This document shows, one piece after another, positions 37,926 to 47,980 of a stretch of 64,000 nucleotides of DNA. Origin of the DNA: an uncultured delta proteobacterium (GTDB lineage Bacteria; Myxococcota_A; Polyangia; Polyangiales; JAFGIB01); NCBI GenBank assembly GCA_963778655.1, contig CAVZVA010000009.1, forward strand, positions 1,248,001 to 1,312,000, written 5' to 3'. The translations under genes were made by a program, and so were the position numbers. Position 1 is the stretch's first letter; each line of letters opens with the position of its first letter. A model generated the notes under the pieces. That model was given only the letters and a program-made list of their open reading frames with translations. It ran no database searches and was not told the origin of the DNA.

Positions 37926-39623
37926 TTAGGAATCTACCTTGCCCCAGCGGGGCTGCCGCTCTTCACTGGCCGCGCGAGCGATCTCCTCGACCTCCGCGTC
38001 GGTCGGCGTCGCGCCGCCATAGGCAGCACGCTCTACGCGCTCAGTCAACTGAACGAACGACTCAGTAGCGCGCCCGCGTCGTCGCGCGTCGGCCAAGGTT
38101 TCGCGCGGGGTCCAACGGTCCCAAAGCGAGGGTGAAGGCAGAACGGTGACGGCGACCGGCTTGTAGGCCGCGACCGCGGCCGAGCGCAGACTCTGCAGCC
38201 TGATCTCCGAGCTGGACCAGGGGCCGCGATGCGGAATCGACAGACCGTCCTCGAGCCCCACGTACCCGGGGGCGCCGACGCGCAGCACCCAGTCGCCGGC
38301 CGCGAGCGGTGGGGAGCGGAACCTGCCAGAGGGATCGCTTGCAAGCTCGATCGTCGTGCCGCCATTACCCTGCAGGCGGAGCAGGGCGGCCGACACCGGC
38401 TCCGCGCTCATGGCGTCCAGCACCACGCCTTCGATCGCGAAGCGGTCGGCTCGCGCGCGCGCCGGTCGCGACGGGACGTGGATGCCTGCGCTGCGCGCGG
38501 TGGGCGCCGAGGCCACGGGCGCTGGCGGGCGCGGCTCGCGGCGCGAGACCCAGATCAGCGCGAGGACACACACGCAGACCGCGCCGACCAGCCATAGCGG
38601 GCTCGGCGTCGGCGCTGGCGCGAGCGTCACGTCGACCACGCGCGAGCGACTCGAGCCGAGCCACACCGCGTCGCTGTCGAAGCGCGCCTGCAGGTGAAAG
38701 GTTTGGCTGGAATGTCCGGGCGCGGGCAGCGGTAGTGCCGCATGGCGAAAGCGGCCGCCGGCGTCTGTTCGCAGCGTCGCCAGATGCTGCGGGCCGTCGA
38801 ACAGCCCGATCGCCTCGCCGGCGACGGGGGCGTCCCGCGTGCGCAGCGCACCGCTGAGCACCAGCCGCTCGTGGTCGCGGTCCGCGTCAGCGCGCAGCGC
38901 GAGCGCGGTGTGGCGAAAGCGCAGCACGTTGAGCTCCACCCGCGCGTGGTTGCGCTGGGTGTCGCCGTCCGAGCTCGCCGCGATGCGGCCCATCGCCGCT
39001 GGGCCGAGCGCGTTCGAGGCGAGAACGACGCGGTACAAACCTTCTGCGTCGGTAGTTCCGCGCGCGAGCACGCGCCCGCGCTCGTCGGTGATGCCGATGT
39101 GCAGCCCCTCCCCGCCGCGCGCCGAGCTCGCGAGCACCGCGACGGCATGCGCGTCGGCGTCGAGATCGAGCCGCGGCTCGCGCGGCTCGACGAAGCGAAG
39201 CTCGACGTCGGCCTTGGTGAAGTCGAGCGGACGCGAGAGCTCGCTCGCGCCGGTATGCGCGTCGCCGTCGAAGCGAGCGTCCGCGGCGTAACGACCCGGC
39301 GGCAGCTCGAGCGTGGTGGCGAACCTGCCGTCCTCGCCGGTCTGCAGTGTTCGCTGCAGGGGGCTGCCCGCGGACGCCTCGGCGCGGATCGACAGCTCGA
39401 CCCGACGATCGCTCAGCGCAGCGCCCAGCTCGTCGAGCAGCGACCCCCGCAGGGTCTGCGTGCCGCCGGGGTTCTGGGCCGCTTGCAGCTCGATCTCGCT
39501 ACCGGCCCGGACGCGCACCATCGGCTGCGCGCGCGCCTGCGGCGCCCAGCATAGGCCGAGGATCACGCACGTCGCGCGGCGCCAAACGCGCACGGTAGGA
39601 CTGGCGACCCTGCCTTGCACCAT
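37926..39623 (-). CDS. Exported Ig-like/carboxypeptidase-regulatory-like repeat protein with TM and DUF4129-like C-terminus
   Basis: Signal peptide; repeated T(D/G)..G.F beta-sandwich motifs; TM; IEGVVLDA...P+..A; TPRE...LT..VERAAYG. Start uncertain. Confidence 0.7.
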   Translation of the reverse strand: MVQGRVASPTVRVWRRATCVILGLCWAPQARAQPMVRVRAGSEIELQAAQNPGGTQTLRGSLLDELGAALSDRRVELSIRAEASAGSPLQRTLQTGEDGRFATTLELPPGRYAADARFDGDAHTGASELSRPLDFTKADVELRFVEPREPRLDLDADAHAVAVLASSARGGEGLHIGITDERGRVLARGTTDAEGLYRVVLASNALGPAAMGRIAASSDGDTQRNHARVELNVLRFRHTALALRADADRDHERLVLSGALRTRDAPVAGEAIGLFDGPQHLATLRTDAGGRFRHAALPLPAPGHSSQTFHLQARFDSDAVWLGSSRSRVVDVTLAPAPTPSPLWLVGAVCVCVLALIWVSRREPRPPAPVASAPTARSAGIHVPSRPARARADRFAIEGVVLDAMSAEPVSAALLRLQGNGGTTIELASDPSGRFRSPPLAAGDWVLRVGAPGYVGLEDGLSIPHRGPWSSSEIRLQSLRSAAVAAYKPVAVTVLPSPSLWDRWTPRETLADARRRGRATESFVQLTERVERAAYGGATPTDAEVEEIARAASEERQPRWGKVDS

Positions 39624-39760
39624 CCGCCTACCATTCCTCCATTGCGGCGTTGCCGGCAAGTCTGCGATAAAATTCCGGTGAGCTGCTGGCTCTTCCACGC
39701 TGAAGCAAGCCGGCGCCGCTCGCGTCCGACCCGAGCGTTGCAGCCCAACGAGATGGCCGC

Positions 39761-40603
39761 TTGACCTGGTCCCCCACAGCCCGCCTGCGCCGCTTCACGG
39801 CGTTGCTCGGACTGCTGCTTTCGTTCGCGCTCGCGCTGCCGGTACGTGTGTCCGCCGACGCGCGCAGTGAGTATCTAATCCGGCTGCTGGCCGGCTCGAG
39901 CCAGTTCCGCGTCCGCGCACAAGCCGCGATCTCGCTCGGCAGCGTGGAAGGGATTCCCGAGGTGGTCGATGCCCTGATGGCGGCGCTCTCCGACGAGCAT
40001 CCCGCCGTGCGCGCTGCGGCCGCCAACTCGCTCGGCCGCCTGGCCGACGGGCGCGCGCTGAGCGCGCTGCGGGCCAAGGTCGACGATCCGGAACCGCCGG
40101 TGCGCGTAGCGGTTCAGAGCGCGATCACGAAGCTTGAAGCGGTGGCACGCCACCAGGGTCTCGAGATCGAGCAGCCGCACGCGCGTGCCGGGCCGCCCCG
40201 CTACTACGTGGCGATCGGAAAGCCGGGCTCGCGCGTGCCGGAGGTTTCCAGCGCCGACCTGGCGTTCGTGGAACAAGTCATGCGCGACCGCCTCGATCAG
40301 ATGGACGGCGTAGTGATCGCCCCGAGAGACGAGAGCGCGAGCGCGGTTCGCAGCGTGCTGCGCAGCCGCAAGCTCAAGGGCTTCTACATCGACAGCGCGG
40401 TGACCAGCGTCTCGCGCAAGCCCGACGGCGGCGTCCGCGTCGCGGTCTCGGTGATCGTCGCGAGCTATCCCGACCGAGCCATGCGTGCCATCATGCAAGG
40501 GGCCGCTACCGCCACCGGGGGAGCCGACGCCCGAGCACAAGCCGTTGCCGGCGCGCTCAGTAGCGCGCTCAGACAGTTGCCTCAGGCCATGACCCGAGAT
40601 TGA
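39761..40603 (+). CDS. Exported HEAT-repeat protein
   Basis: Signal peptide; FRVRAQAAISLG, ALSDEHPAVRAAAANSLGRL, DPEPPVR. Confidence 0.8.
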   Translation: MTWSPTARLRRFTALLGLLLSFALALPVRVSADARSEYLIRLLAGSSQFRVRAQAAISLGSVEGIPEVVDALMAALSDEHPAVRAAAANSLGRLADGRALSALRAKVDDPEPPVRVAVQSAITKLEAVARHQGLEIEQPHARAGPPRYYVAIGKPGSRVPEVSSADLAFVEQVMRDRLDQMDGVVIAPRDESASAVRSVLRSRKLKGFYIDSAVTSVSRKPDGGVRVAVSVIVASYPDRAMRAIMQGAATATGGADARAQAVAGALSSALRQLPQAMTRD

Positions 40604-40689
40604 AGCGTGTCGACGATCGGTCCCGAATTGGGCACAAGCGAGGAGCCTATGCGACAATTCCCCGAGCGGGCGCGCGCCAGGAGTGAGCG

Positions 40690-41316
40690 ATGACCGCGGA
40701 AGCCCAACGCCTGTCGCATTCGAGCCGTGCGCACCCGCCGCGCAAGCTGCGGAACTACCTGCTGGAGCCGAAGTTCCAGCTCAAGTACACGAGCATGGTG
40801 GTCGGTGTCACGGTGGTGGTCGCCTCGGTGCTCGGGTACTTCGCCTATCAGTACTCCACCGGGCAGACGCAACTGCTCAACATCGAGCGTATGGAGCAGA
40901 AGGGGAGCGCCGCGGACGCGCGCTTCATCGCGGACCTGGAGAGCTACGCGCGCGCCGCCGATCGCAAGGTGATGCTGGGCGTGCTCGGCGGGATCGCCGT
41001 GCTCGCGCTGGCTCTGGGCGCGACCGGGATCGTCGTCACCCACCGCCTGGTCGGTCCGGCCTATCGGCTCAAGCGCCTGCTGCGCCACGTGCGGGAAGGC
41101 CACATTCAGATCGAGGGCAGCCTGCGCAAGCACGACGAGCTGCAGGACGTGTTCGAGGCGTTTCAGCAGATGGTCACCAGCCTGCGCGAGGCGCGCGAAC
41201 AGGACATCGGCGAGATCGAACGGGTGCTGGACGCGGCGCGCGAGCGCGGGCTACCCGAGGAAAGCCTCGCGTTGCTGCGGGCGGTTCGCGATCGGATGCG
41301 CGCGAGCTTAGACTGA
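40690..41316 (+). CDS. Two-TM HAMP-domain protein
   Basis: AGGAG RBS; RNYLL...FQLKY, TH+LVGP.YRL.......G......LRK.DELQD. Confidence 0.82.
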   Translation: MTAEAQRLSHSSRAHPPRKLRNYLLEPKFQLKYTSMVVGVTVVVASVLGYFAYQYSTGQTQLLNIERMEQKGSAADARFIADLESYARAADRKVMLGVLGGIAVLALALGATGIVVTHRLVGPAYRLKRLLRHVREGHIQIEGSLRKHDELQDVFEAFQQMVTSLREAREQDIGEIERVLDAARERGLPEESLALLRAVRDRMRASLD

Positions 41317-41343
41317 GCGCGATGGGAGCGGCGAAGGCTGCGC

Positions 41344-41733
41344 TCAAAACGCGCCGGGCAGGTAGTTGAGCCGGCCCTCCGGTCGATCGAAGACCACCGA
41401 GGCGGCGTCGAAGCGCACTTGCGCGGCGCCGACGAGGCTGGCCTCGCGCAGCCAGCGCGCCGCGGCCTGACGCACGCGCGCCACCTTGCGTCGATCGATG
41501 CTCTGGGCAGGCGTCATCAGTCGGTCGCTGCGGCGCGAGCGCACCTCGCAGAACACGACCAGCGAGCCGCGGCGGGCGATCACGTCCAACTCGAGCCGGC
41601 CCACGCGCACGTTGCGTCCGACGATCGCGAAGCCCTCGCGCTCCAGGTGCGCGCACGCGAGCGCCTCGGCTCGCCTGCCCAGCGCGGCGCGCCCGTCGCG
41701 TGCGTCTCCGTCGTGCTCGCCTGGCTCGCTCAC
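41344..41733 (-). CDS. yraN: YraN (UPF0102) family putative endonuclease
   Basis: LG..AE..A...L...G..I..RN.R....ELDVIA......VFCEVRSR, VRFDA. Confidence 0.9.
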   Translation of the reverse strand: MSEPGEHDGDARDGRAALGRRAEALACAHLEREGFAIVGRNVRVGRLELDVIARRGSLVVFCEVRSRRSDRLMTPAQSIDRRKVARVRQAAARWLREASLVGAAQVRFDAASVVFDRPEGRLNYLPGAF

Positions 41734-41751
41734 GGCCGGCGAAAGCCTTCC

Positions 41752-42219
41752 TCACATCGAGAAGGTGCCGTTCTTGACGCAATAGCCGCCGCGCACGCCG
41801 GGCCCACCCTGGTCGAGCACGTCGACACAGGTGAAGCCGTCGGGGCAGCTGCACTCCGCAAATCCCGTGCCGCCGGTGTCGCAGCGGCAGGTGCAGTAGA
41901 TGCGGTTGGCCACGTCCTCCGCGCTCGCGCAGGTCTTACCCTCCGTTTGGCCGCCGGCGCCCCCTGTTCCGGTCGACCCGGTCGGCACGCAGCCTGCGCG
42001 CGGATCTCCCTTGAGGCGATAGACCATGCACACACGGGTCTGACACTGTACCGAGCTGGTCTCGATATACGCTTCGGTGTCGGCGAAGCCGGTCGACGGA
42101 ACCTGTTCGGGTAGACACGGAGCGCCCACCGCGGGCGTCGAGCAAGCAGCCAGCAGACCCACGAAAAGCGCCGCCATCAGCAGCAGGAAACGCTTGGCAT
42201 CGATCGGGGGAAGATTCAC
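41752..42219 (-). CDS. Cys-rich outer-membrane lipoprotein, GltK/CglC-like
   Basis: GAGGA RBS before GTG; lipobox LLAAC; G.PC...(S)..C...VC...YC(T/S)..C pattern resembles CglC; divergent from gltC. Confidence 0.7.
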   Translation of the reverse strand: MNLPPIDAKRFLLLMAALFVGLLAACSTPAVGAPCLPEQVPSTGFADTEAYIETSSVQCQTRVCMVYRLKGDPRAGCVPTGSTGTGGAGGQTEGKTCASAEDVANRIYCTCRCDTGGTGFAECSCPDGFTCVDVLDQGGPGVRGGYCVKNGTFSM

Positions 42220-42295
42220 AGGAATTCCTCGTATTCCGTCAGTCCAGTGACGCCCGAGCCGGCGGGCTCGGAGCGCCCGGAGTGCTGCATCGCGC

Positions 42296-42404
42296 ACGCT
42301 ATGTTGGCGCGGGGCGCAGTGTCAAGCAGCGGAATAAGCGGGTGGGCGAAGCTTGCACATGTCGGAATTTCCGCTTGACAACGCGATCCTGGGCTCACTA
42401 TGAT
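42296..42404. promoter_or_regulatory. Back-to-back sigma70-like promoters
   Basis: Plus strand: TTGACA (42375-80)-18-TATGAT (42399-404) toward gltC. Minus strand: TTGACA (42325-20)-18-TAGCGT toward the lipoprotein. Confidence 0.6.
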
Positions 42405-42539
42405 GGCTCGCGCTTCGCCCTCTAAGCTATCGATTTTCCACTTCTTTTTGAGATGCTCAGCCGTGGGATCTGGGCGTCGGCTTCGTATCGCTGCCTCAAC
42501 GGTCACCTGAGTCGTCAGCCGACGATGGAGAGATGACGG

Positions 42540-44231
42540 ATGTGCAAGAGCCGAACACCTAGCTGGAACTGGATTGCTCACACCGCGCCGATGGTCGCCT
42601 TGGCGGCGCTGGCCGTGTGGGTATCCGACTCCGCCACCGCGCGCGCCCAGGACATGAAGTTCGGGCTTCAGGAGACTGGCGCCGCCGCTCCTGCGGGGCC
42701 CCCTGCGGAGGGGCCGCCGTCTGAGGCGCTGGCTAACGCGCTGCGCCTGTACCAGCAGGAGCAGTATCCGGAGGCCGCAGTGCAGTTCCAGCGCGTCGTC
42801 GAGGGCGAGACGCAGGACGCGCCGGCCAACGTGCAGAAGGCGCAGTTCTTCCTCGGCAAGTCGCTCTACCACCTGCACTACTATCAGTCGGCGCTGGCGG
42901 TGTTCGACGAGATCTCGGAGCAGGGGCGCAACAATCTGTTCTTCGATCAGACCCTGCAGTGGCTCGCGCAGCTGGGCTCGCAGCTGCCGGAGCCCGCGGG
43001 CATCATCGACAAGATCGGCCGCTTCGGCGTCGACCAGCTCGAGCAGTTCAACACGGCCGACAACGCGGACCTGTACAACCAGCTGCTCTACTTGATGGGG
43101 CGCTCGAAGTACAACCAGGGCGAGTTCGAGCAGGGCATCGAGCTGTTCAAGAAGGTGGACCGCACCAACAAGTGGTACGTGAAGGCGCGCTTCTTCGAGG
43201 GCATCTCCTACATCCGCATGCGCAAGGCCCAGCCCGCCGCCACGGCGTTTCGCGAGATCCTCGAGGCCATCGACTCCGGTGACGTCTCGGGCATCGAGGA
43301 CCCGGAGCGCATGAAGGACCTGGCGTGGATCTCGCTCGCGCGGGTCTACTACACCGCCGCCAACAAGGTGAACGCGCAGGGCGAGCGCGAGGTCGACGGC
43401 AGGCTGCTCGGCAACGCGGTCGAAGCATGGAACAAGATCAACCCGGACAGCGAGTACTGGCTCGACGCGCTATTCGAGGAGTCGTGGGCGTTCTTCCTGG
43501 CCGACGAATATTCGCGCGCGCTTGGCAACGTACACACGTTGTTCTCCCCCTACTTCAAGTCCTCGTTCTATCCCGAGGCGCTGGTGCTGAAGGCGGTGGT
43601 GTTCTTCACCAACTGCCAGATGAAGAACGCCACCGCGATGGTGCAGCTCTTCCACGAGAAGTACGACCCGGTGAAAGACACGCTCGACGGGTTGCTGCAG
43701 AAGTACCAGGACAATGCCCAGTTCTTCGACTTTCTGAAGAAGGTCCGCGCCGGCGAGGCCAACCTGCCACCGGCGGCGCGTGCCATCATCAGCTCTGCGC
43801 TCTCCGATCGCGCGGTGCTGGCCAACCTCGAATACGTGTCGCTGCTCGAGCAGGAAGAGCAGACGCTCAACAAGGGACCCTCGCAGTTCAAGAGCTCCTC
43901 GCTGGGCGCCCGCATCCTGCAGGACATTCTGGTCGCAAAGTCCTTTGCGATCGACCAGGCCGGTGAGATCGCCAAGGCCCGTTACAACCGGCTGGTGGAC
44001 GAGATGCAGGATCTCGCGAACCAGATCGACACGGTCGAGATCGAGGTCCTGAACTACGAGCGTGGCCAGCTCGCCCAGGGCCTGCAGGAGCAGATGACCG
44101 CGGCCGGCAGGTCCACAGGCGGCAAGGTGTACGTCTCGCCCGAGCACAATGTTTGGCCGTTCAACGGCGAGTACTGGCGCGACGAGTTGGGGTACTACCG
44201 GCAAGAGGTGACGTACAAGTGCGGAAGGTAA
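42540..44231 (+). CDS. gltC: Gliding motility TPR protein GltC
   Basis: Signal peptide, TPRs, W.DALFE.SWA, RALGN..TL.SPYF....YPE...LKA......C, C-terminal WPFNGEYWRDELGYY.......C. Confidence 0.85.
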   Translation: MCKSRTPSWNWIAHTAPMVALAALAVWVSDSATARAQDMKFGLQETGAAAPAGPPAEGPPSEALANALRLYQQEQYPEAAVQFQRVVEGETQDAPANVQKAQFFLGKSLYHLHYYQSALAVFDEISEQGRNNLFFDQTLQWLAQLGSQLPEPAGIIDKIGRFGVDQLEQFNTADNADLYNQLLYLMGRSKYNQGEFEQGIELFKKVDRTNKWYVKARFFEGISYIRMRKAQPAATAFREILEAIDSGDVSGIEDPERMKDLAWISLARVYYTAANKVNAQGEREVDGRLLGNAVEAWNKINPDSEYWLDALFEESWAFFLADEYSRALGNVHTLFSPYFKSSFYPEALVLKAVVFFTNCQMKNATAMVQLFHEKYDPVKDTLDGLLQKYQDNAQFFDFLKKVRAGEANLPPAARAIISSALSDRAVLANLEYVSLLEQEEQTLNKGPSQFKSSSLGARILQDILVAKSFAIDQAGEIAKARYNRLVDEMQDLANQIDTVEIEVLNYERGQLAQGLQEQMTAAGRSTGGKVYVSPEHNVWPFNGEYWRDELGYYRQEVTYKCGR

Positions 44232-44236
44232 CTGGG

Positions 44237-47200
44237 ATGGCACGCATTCGATTCTCGATAGCAATTCTGTGCGCGCTTGCCGTCGGCGTTCCCGCGATCG
44301 CGCAGCGGGCCGGCAAGAAGACCTCCTCCGGCAAGGCCGGGAGCAGCGCCTCGGCCGGGAAGAAGGGCGGGGGCAAGGCAAGCTCGGTAAGCTCGGCCGA
44401 CATGGGCGGCGCCAGCGGCGGTGTCTGCATTGCGCCCGAGGCGACCAAGACCGTCACGGAGTGCCCGTCCAACCTCGGCAAGGCCAAGCACAAGATGAGC
44501 GGGGCTCCCAAATCGGAGCTGCGGCAGGCCAAACGCAAGGTCGAGCAGCCCAAGGGCTTCAAGGCCAAGGGCCCGTCGGTCGAGCTCGACCTTGCGACCC
44601 TGCGCAACAAGGAGAACGTCGAGCACAAGGCCGAGTCCTTGCTGCGGCGCGAGATCGCCGTCACCCAGCGTCTGGTCAAGAACACGCGAACCAACGACGC
44701 CCGCCGGCCCGACTTCCTGCTGCGGTTGGCTGAAGGCTACTACGAGCTGGTGCAGGTCGCGAACCGCAACGTGCGCAAGCTGGACGATCCGATTCACGAG
44801 GCGTGTCAGGTCAAGAAGAACGCGGGCGACTGCAACAAGTATCGCAAGGCGCAGAAGAACGCCGAGAACGTGCTCAATCAGACTCGCGAGCAGAACATCA
44901 AGACGCTGGCGCTCCTGGTCAAGGACCATCCCGACTACAAGCGGATGGACGAGGTCTTGTTCGCGCTGGGCTTCTCTCTCGAGGAGATGAAGCAGTTCGA
45001 CCGCGCGCGGCAGGTTTACCACCGCCTGATCAAGAGCTACCCACAGAGCGACTACATCCCCAACGCGTATCTGTCCTTCGCGGAATACTACTTCCAGCAA
45101 GGCGACATGCGTGCCGCCAAGCAGTTCTACCAGAAGGTCACCGAGATTCCGCCCGAACGGAACAAGGTCTACGGGTTCGCGATCTACAAGCAGGCCTGGT
45201 GTGACTACAACCTCGAGGACTTCAAGGGCTCGCTGCAGCACTTCGTCGAAACCATCGAGTTCGGCACGCAGCATCCCGAGGCCGCCAACGTACAGAATCT
45301 CGTCAAGCAGTCTCGCAAAGAGCTGATCATGCCCTACGCCCAGGTGGGCGATCCGGGTCGTGCGCTCGAGTTCTTTAGCCGCTACGCCAAGGACGACGAG
45401 CAGGCGTACGAGATGTTCGAGTCGCTGGGCGAGCTCTACTTCGACACCGGCCAATGGCCGCCGGTCATCGCCGTCTACCACAAGCTGATGGCGGAAAAGT
45501 CCGACAGCGAGAAGGTGTGCTACTGGCAGACGCGCGTCACGAACGCCGTCATCAGCAGCAAACCCAAGCCGCAGCAGGTCACGGAGATCGAGCGGATGCT
45601 CGACCTGTATGAGGCCTTCAAGGACAGCAAGCATAGCGAGGATTCCAAGAAGACTTGCAAGCAGGCGGCCGCCTCGGTCCTGATCGACCTGGCAACCGCG
45701 TGGCACCGTGAAGCGATCGGCACCGACACGCAGCCGGGCACCAATGATCGCGGCACGATGGAGCTCGCAGCCAAGCTGTACCGGCTGATTCTCAAGAGCT
45801 TCCCCGACATGGAGCAGATGGAGTTTCCGGACATCGACAAGCGGGATTGGCCGACCGAGTACAAGGTCAGCTACTACTATGCCGAGCTGCTCTGGAAGAT
45901 GGAGAACTGGGCCCAGTGCGGTCCGGCGTTCGACCGCGTGCTGGAGGTCAACCCCCAGGGCGAGTTCACGGAGGACGCGGCCTACGCTTCGGTGCTCTGT
46001 TACAACAAGCAGTACCAGACAACCTTTGCCGAGAGCGAGAAGACGGTCAAACACCGCGAGAAGAAGGACGAAGACGGCAAGAAGAAGAAGAAGGGCAAAG
46101 GCGAGCCTTCTCACGACGAGCTGGTCGCGAAGTTCAAGCCGAAGGATTTCTCGCCTCTCGAGTCGGGGATGCTCAACGCCTACCAGCGTTACGTCTGCTT
46201 CGTGCCCGACAGCGAGGACTTGCCGACAATCAAGTACCGTCGCGCTCGCATCTACTACGAGACCAATCACTTCGAGGAGGCGGCAGTCCTGTTCAAGGAC
46301 ATCGCGTTCAACTACGTGAACAGCGATCTCTCCGTATTCGCTGCGAACCTGTACCTCGACTCGCTGAACGTGATCGGGACCTACAGCGACCCGGCGCGGC
46401 CTGCGTGCTACGACGAGATGAACGACGACATCGAGCCCCTGTACGGCTTGTACTGCAAGACCGATCAGGCGCGCGAGGATCACGCCGACCTGTGCCAGGT
46501 GCTCGAGCAGCTGCGCTGTGACCTGATGCGGAAGAAGGCCGAAGCATTTCAGTCGCAGCAGGAATACAAGAAGGCGGCGCAGCTCTACGTCCGGGTGTTC
46601 CGCAAGTACCGCGAGTGCGGCAAGCTGGACGAGGTGCTGTACAACGCCTCGATCAACTTCGAGGCGGCGCGTCTGTTGGGTCGCGCGATCAAGGTGAGGC
46701 GGGTGCTAATCGACCAGTACCCGAACAGCGAGTGGTCAAAACGTGCGATCTACCTGATCGGCGCGAACTTCCACGCGCTCGCAATGTACGATATGGCGGC
46801 GGACTACTACGAGAAGTTCGCGGACAAGTACCCCACCGAGCTGGGGGAGAAATGCACGGACGACGAGAAGAAAGCGGGCACCTGTACCAATGCCAAGGAG
46901 GCGCTGCAGAACGCGGTCTTCTTCCGGCTGGGCTTGGGTGACGAGGAGAAGGCGGTCGAAGACGCGAAGCTGTTCGACAAGAACTACCGTCGCAAATTTC
47001 CGCGCGAGACCTCGCAGGTCAACTTCTCGTTGGGCTCGATCTACGAACGGCAAGCCGACTGGAGCAAGGCGATCGCGCACTACACCAACTTCTTGAGGCA
47101 GTTCAAGAAGACGGCGCTGCCGCACGAGATCATCCAGGCGAACGTCAATGCCGGCCGCGCGTACCTGATGATGGAGCCGCCCGACAAGGCGAGCGACAAG

Positions 47201-47980
47201 GCCAAGGAAGCCTTCAAGGCGACCAACAAGGCCAAGGCCTCGCCCTACTTCGAAGCTGCGATCAAGGAGTGGCAAGCGAGCAAGGATCAGTTCGGGTCCT
47301 TGCCCGTGCCCGACGATCAGAAAGAGCGCTACCTCGCGTTCGCGAAAATCGGGGCGGCCGAGGCGCTCTATCACGAGGCCGATCGCGAGTTCGACAAGTA
47401 CAAGGCGATCAGCTTTCCGATCTTCAAGGCGAAGGTCACCGCCAAGTCCAGCGCCGACAAGAAGAAAGAGATGCAAGAGAAGTTCCAGGCCTGGATGAAG
47501 GACGATTTCGTCAAATGGTTGGGCGAAAAGTCCAAGGCGTTGCAGACGGCGCAGAAGGCGTTCGAGTCGATCTCGGAGCTGAAGGTGCCGCAGTGGGACA
47601 TCGCTTCGGCCACCCGCATCGGCGACATGTACGGTTCGTTGGTGGACGAGTTCCGCAGTGCTCCGGTGCCGCCGGCGCTCGAGGGCGATGACGAGCTGGT
47701 GTCCATTTACTATCAGGGCCTGGATGAAGCCAGCAAACCGTGGGTCGAGAAGGCCAAGAACGCGTACGAGTTCTGCCTGATCACGGCGACCAAGGTGCGC
47801 TGGTTCAACGAGTTCATGACGCGCTGCGAGCAGGAGCTGTTCAAGCTCGACCCGCGGCAGTATCCGCGCGCGGCCGAGCTCCGCGGCAGCGACACCTACA
47901 CGCACAGCATGTATGCCGTACCGGGGCTGGTGGAGTTGGGCACCGGCAGCACCGACGAAGACGTCGAGGGAGGCGAGTGA
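44237..47980 (+). CDS. gltD: Gliding motility TPR protein GltD/AgmU-like
   Basis: Signal peptide; large TPR array (RLAE.Y.E, DEVLF.LG, LIK.YP.S.Y.P.AYL.FAEYYF, YA/FA.YK..WC.YN); C-terminal APVP...Y...L.....P...KA...C; precedes gltE-F-G. Confidence 0.82.
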   Translation: MARIRFSIAILCALAVGVPAIAQRAGKKTSSGKAGSSASAGKKGGGKASSVSSADMGGASGGVCIAPEATKTVTECPSNLGKAKHKMSGAPKSELRQAKRKVEQPKGFKAKGPSVELDLATLRNKENVEHKAESLLRREIAVTQRLVKNTRTNDARRPDFLLRLAEGYYELVQVANRNVRKLDDPIHEACQVKKNAGDCNKYRKAQKNAENVLNQTREQNIKTLALLVKDHPDYKRMDEVLFALGFSLEEMKQFDRARQVYHRLIKSYPQSDYIPNAYLSFAEYYFQQGDMRAAKQFYQKVTEIPPERNKVYGFAIYKQAWCDYNLEDFKGSLQHFVETIEFGTQHPEAANVQNLVKQSRKELIMPYAQVGDPGRALEFFSRYAKDDEQAYEMFESLGELYFDTGQWPPVIAVYHKLMAEKSDSEKVCYWQTRVTNAVISSKPKPQQVTEIERMLDLYEAFKDSKHSEDSKKTCKQAAASVLIDLATAWHREAIGTDTQPGTNDRGTMELAAKLYRLILKSFPDMEQMEFPDIDKRDWPTEYKVSYYYAELLWKMENWAQCGPAFDRVLEVNPQGEFTEDAAYASVLCYNKQYQTTFAESEKTVKHREKKDEDGKKKKKGKGEPSHDELVAKFKPKDFSPLESGMLNAYQRYVCFVPDSEDLPTIKYRRARIYYETNHFEEAAVLFKDIAFNYVNSDLSVFAANLYLDSLNVIGTYSDPARPACYDEMNDDIEPLYGLYCKTDQAREDHADLCQVLEQLRCDLMRKKAEAFQSQQEYKKAAQLYVRVFRKYRECGKLDEVLYNASINFEAARLLGRAIKVRRVLIDQYPNSEWSKRAIYLIGANFHALAMYDMAADYYEKFADKYPTELGEKCTDDEKKAGTCTNAKEALQNAVFFRLGLGDEEKAVEDAKLFDKNYRRKFPRETSQVNFSLGSIYERQADWSKAIAHYTNFLRQFKKTALPHEIIQANVNAGRAYLMMEPPDKASDKAKEAFKATNKAKASPYFEAAIKEWQASKDQFGSLPVPDDQKERYLAFAKIGAAEALYHEADREFDKYKAISFPIFKAKVTAKSSADKKKEMQEKFQAWMKDDFVKWLGEKSKALQTAQKAFESISELKVPQWDIASATRIGDMYGSLVDEFRSAPVPPALEGDDELVSIYYQGLDEASKPWVEKAKNAYEFCLITATKVRWFNEFMTRCEQELFKLDPRQYPRAAELRGSDTYTHSMYAVPGLVELGTGSTDEDVEGGE

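Noticed and set aside
41344..41733. YraN as a defence or mobile-element nuclease
   Set aside because: Widespread housekeeping-context family; no associated defence or mobility genes here.
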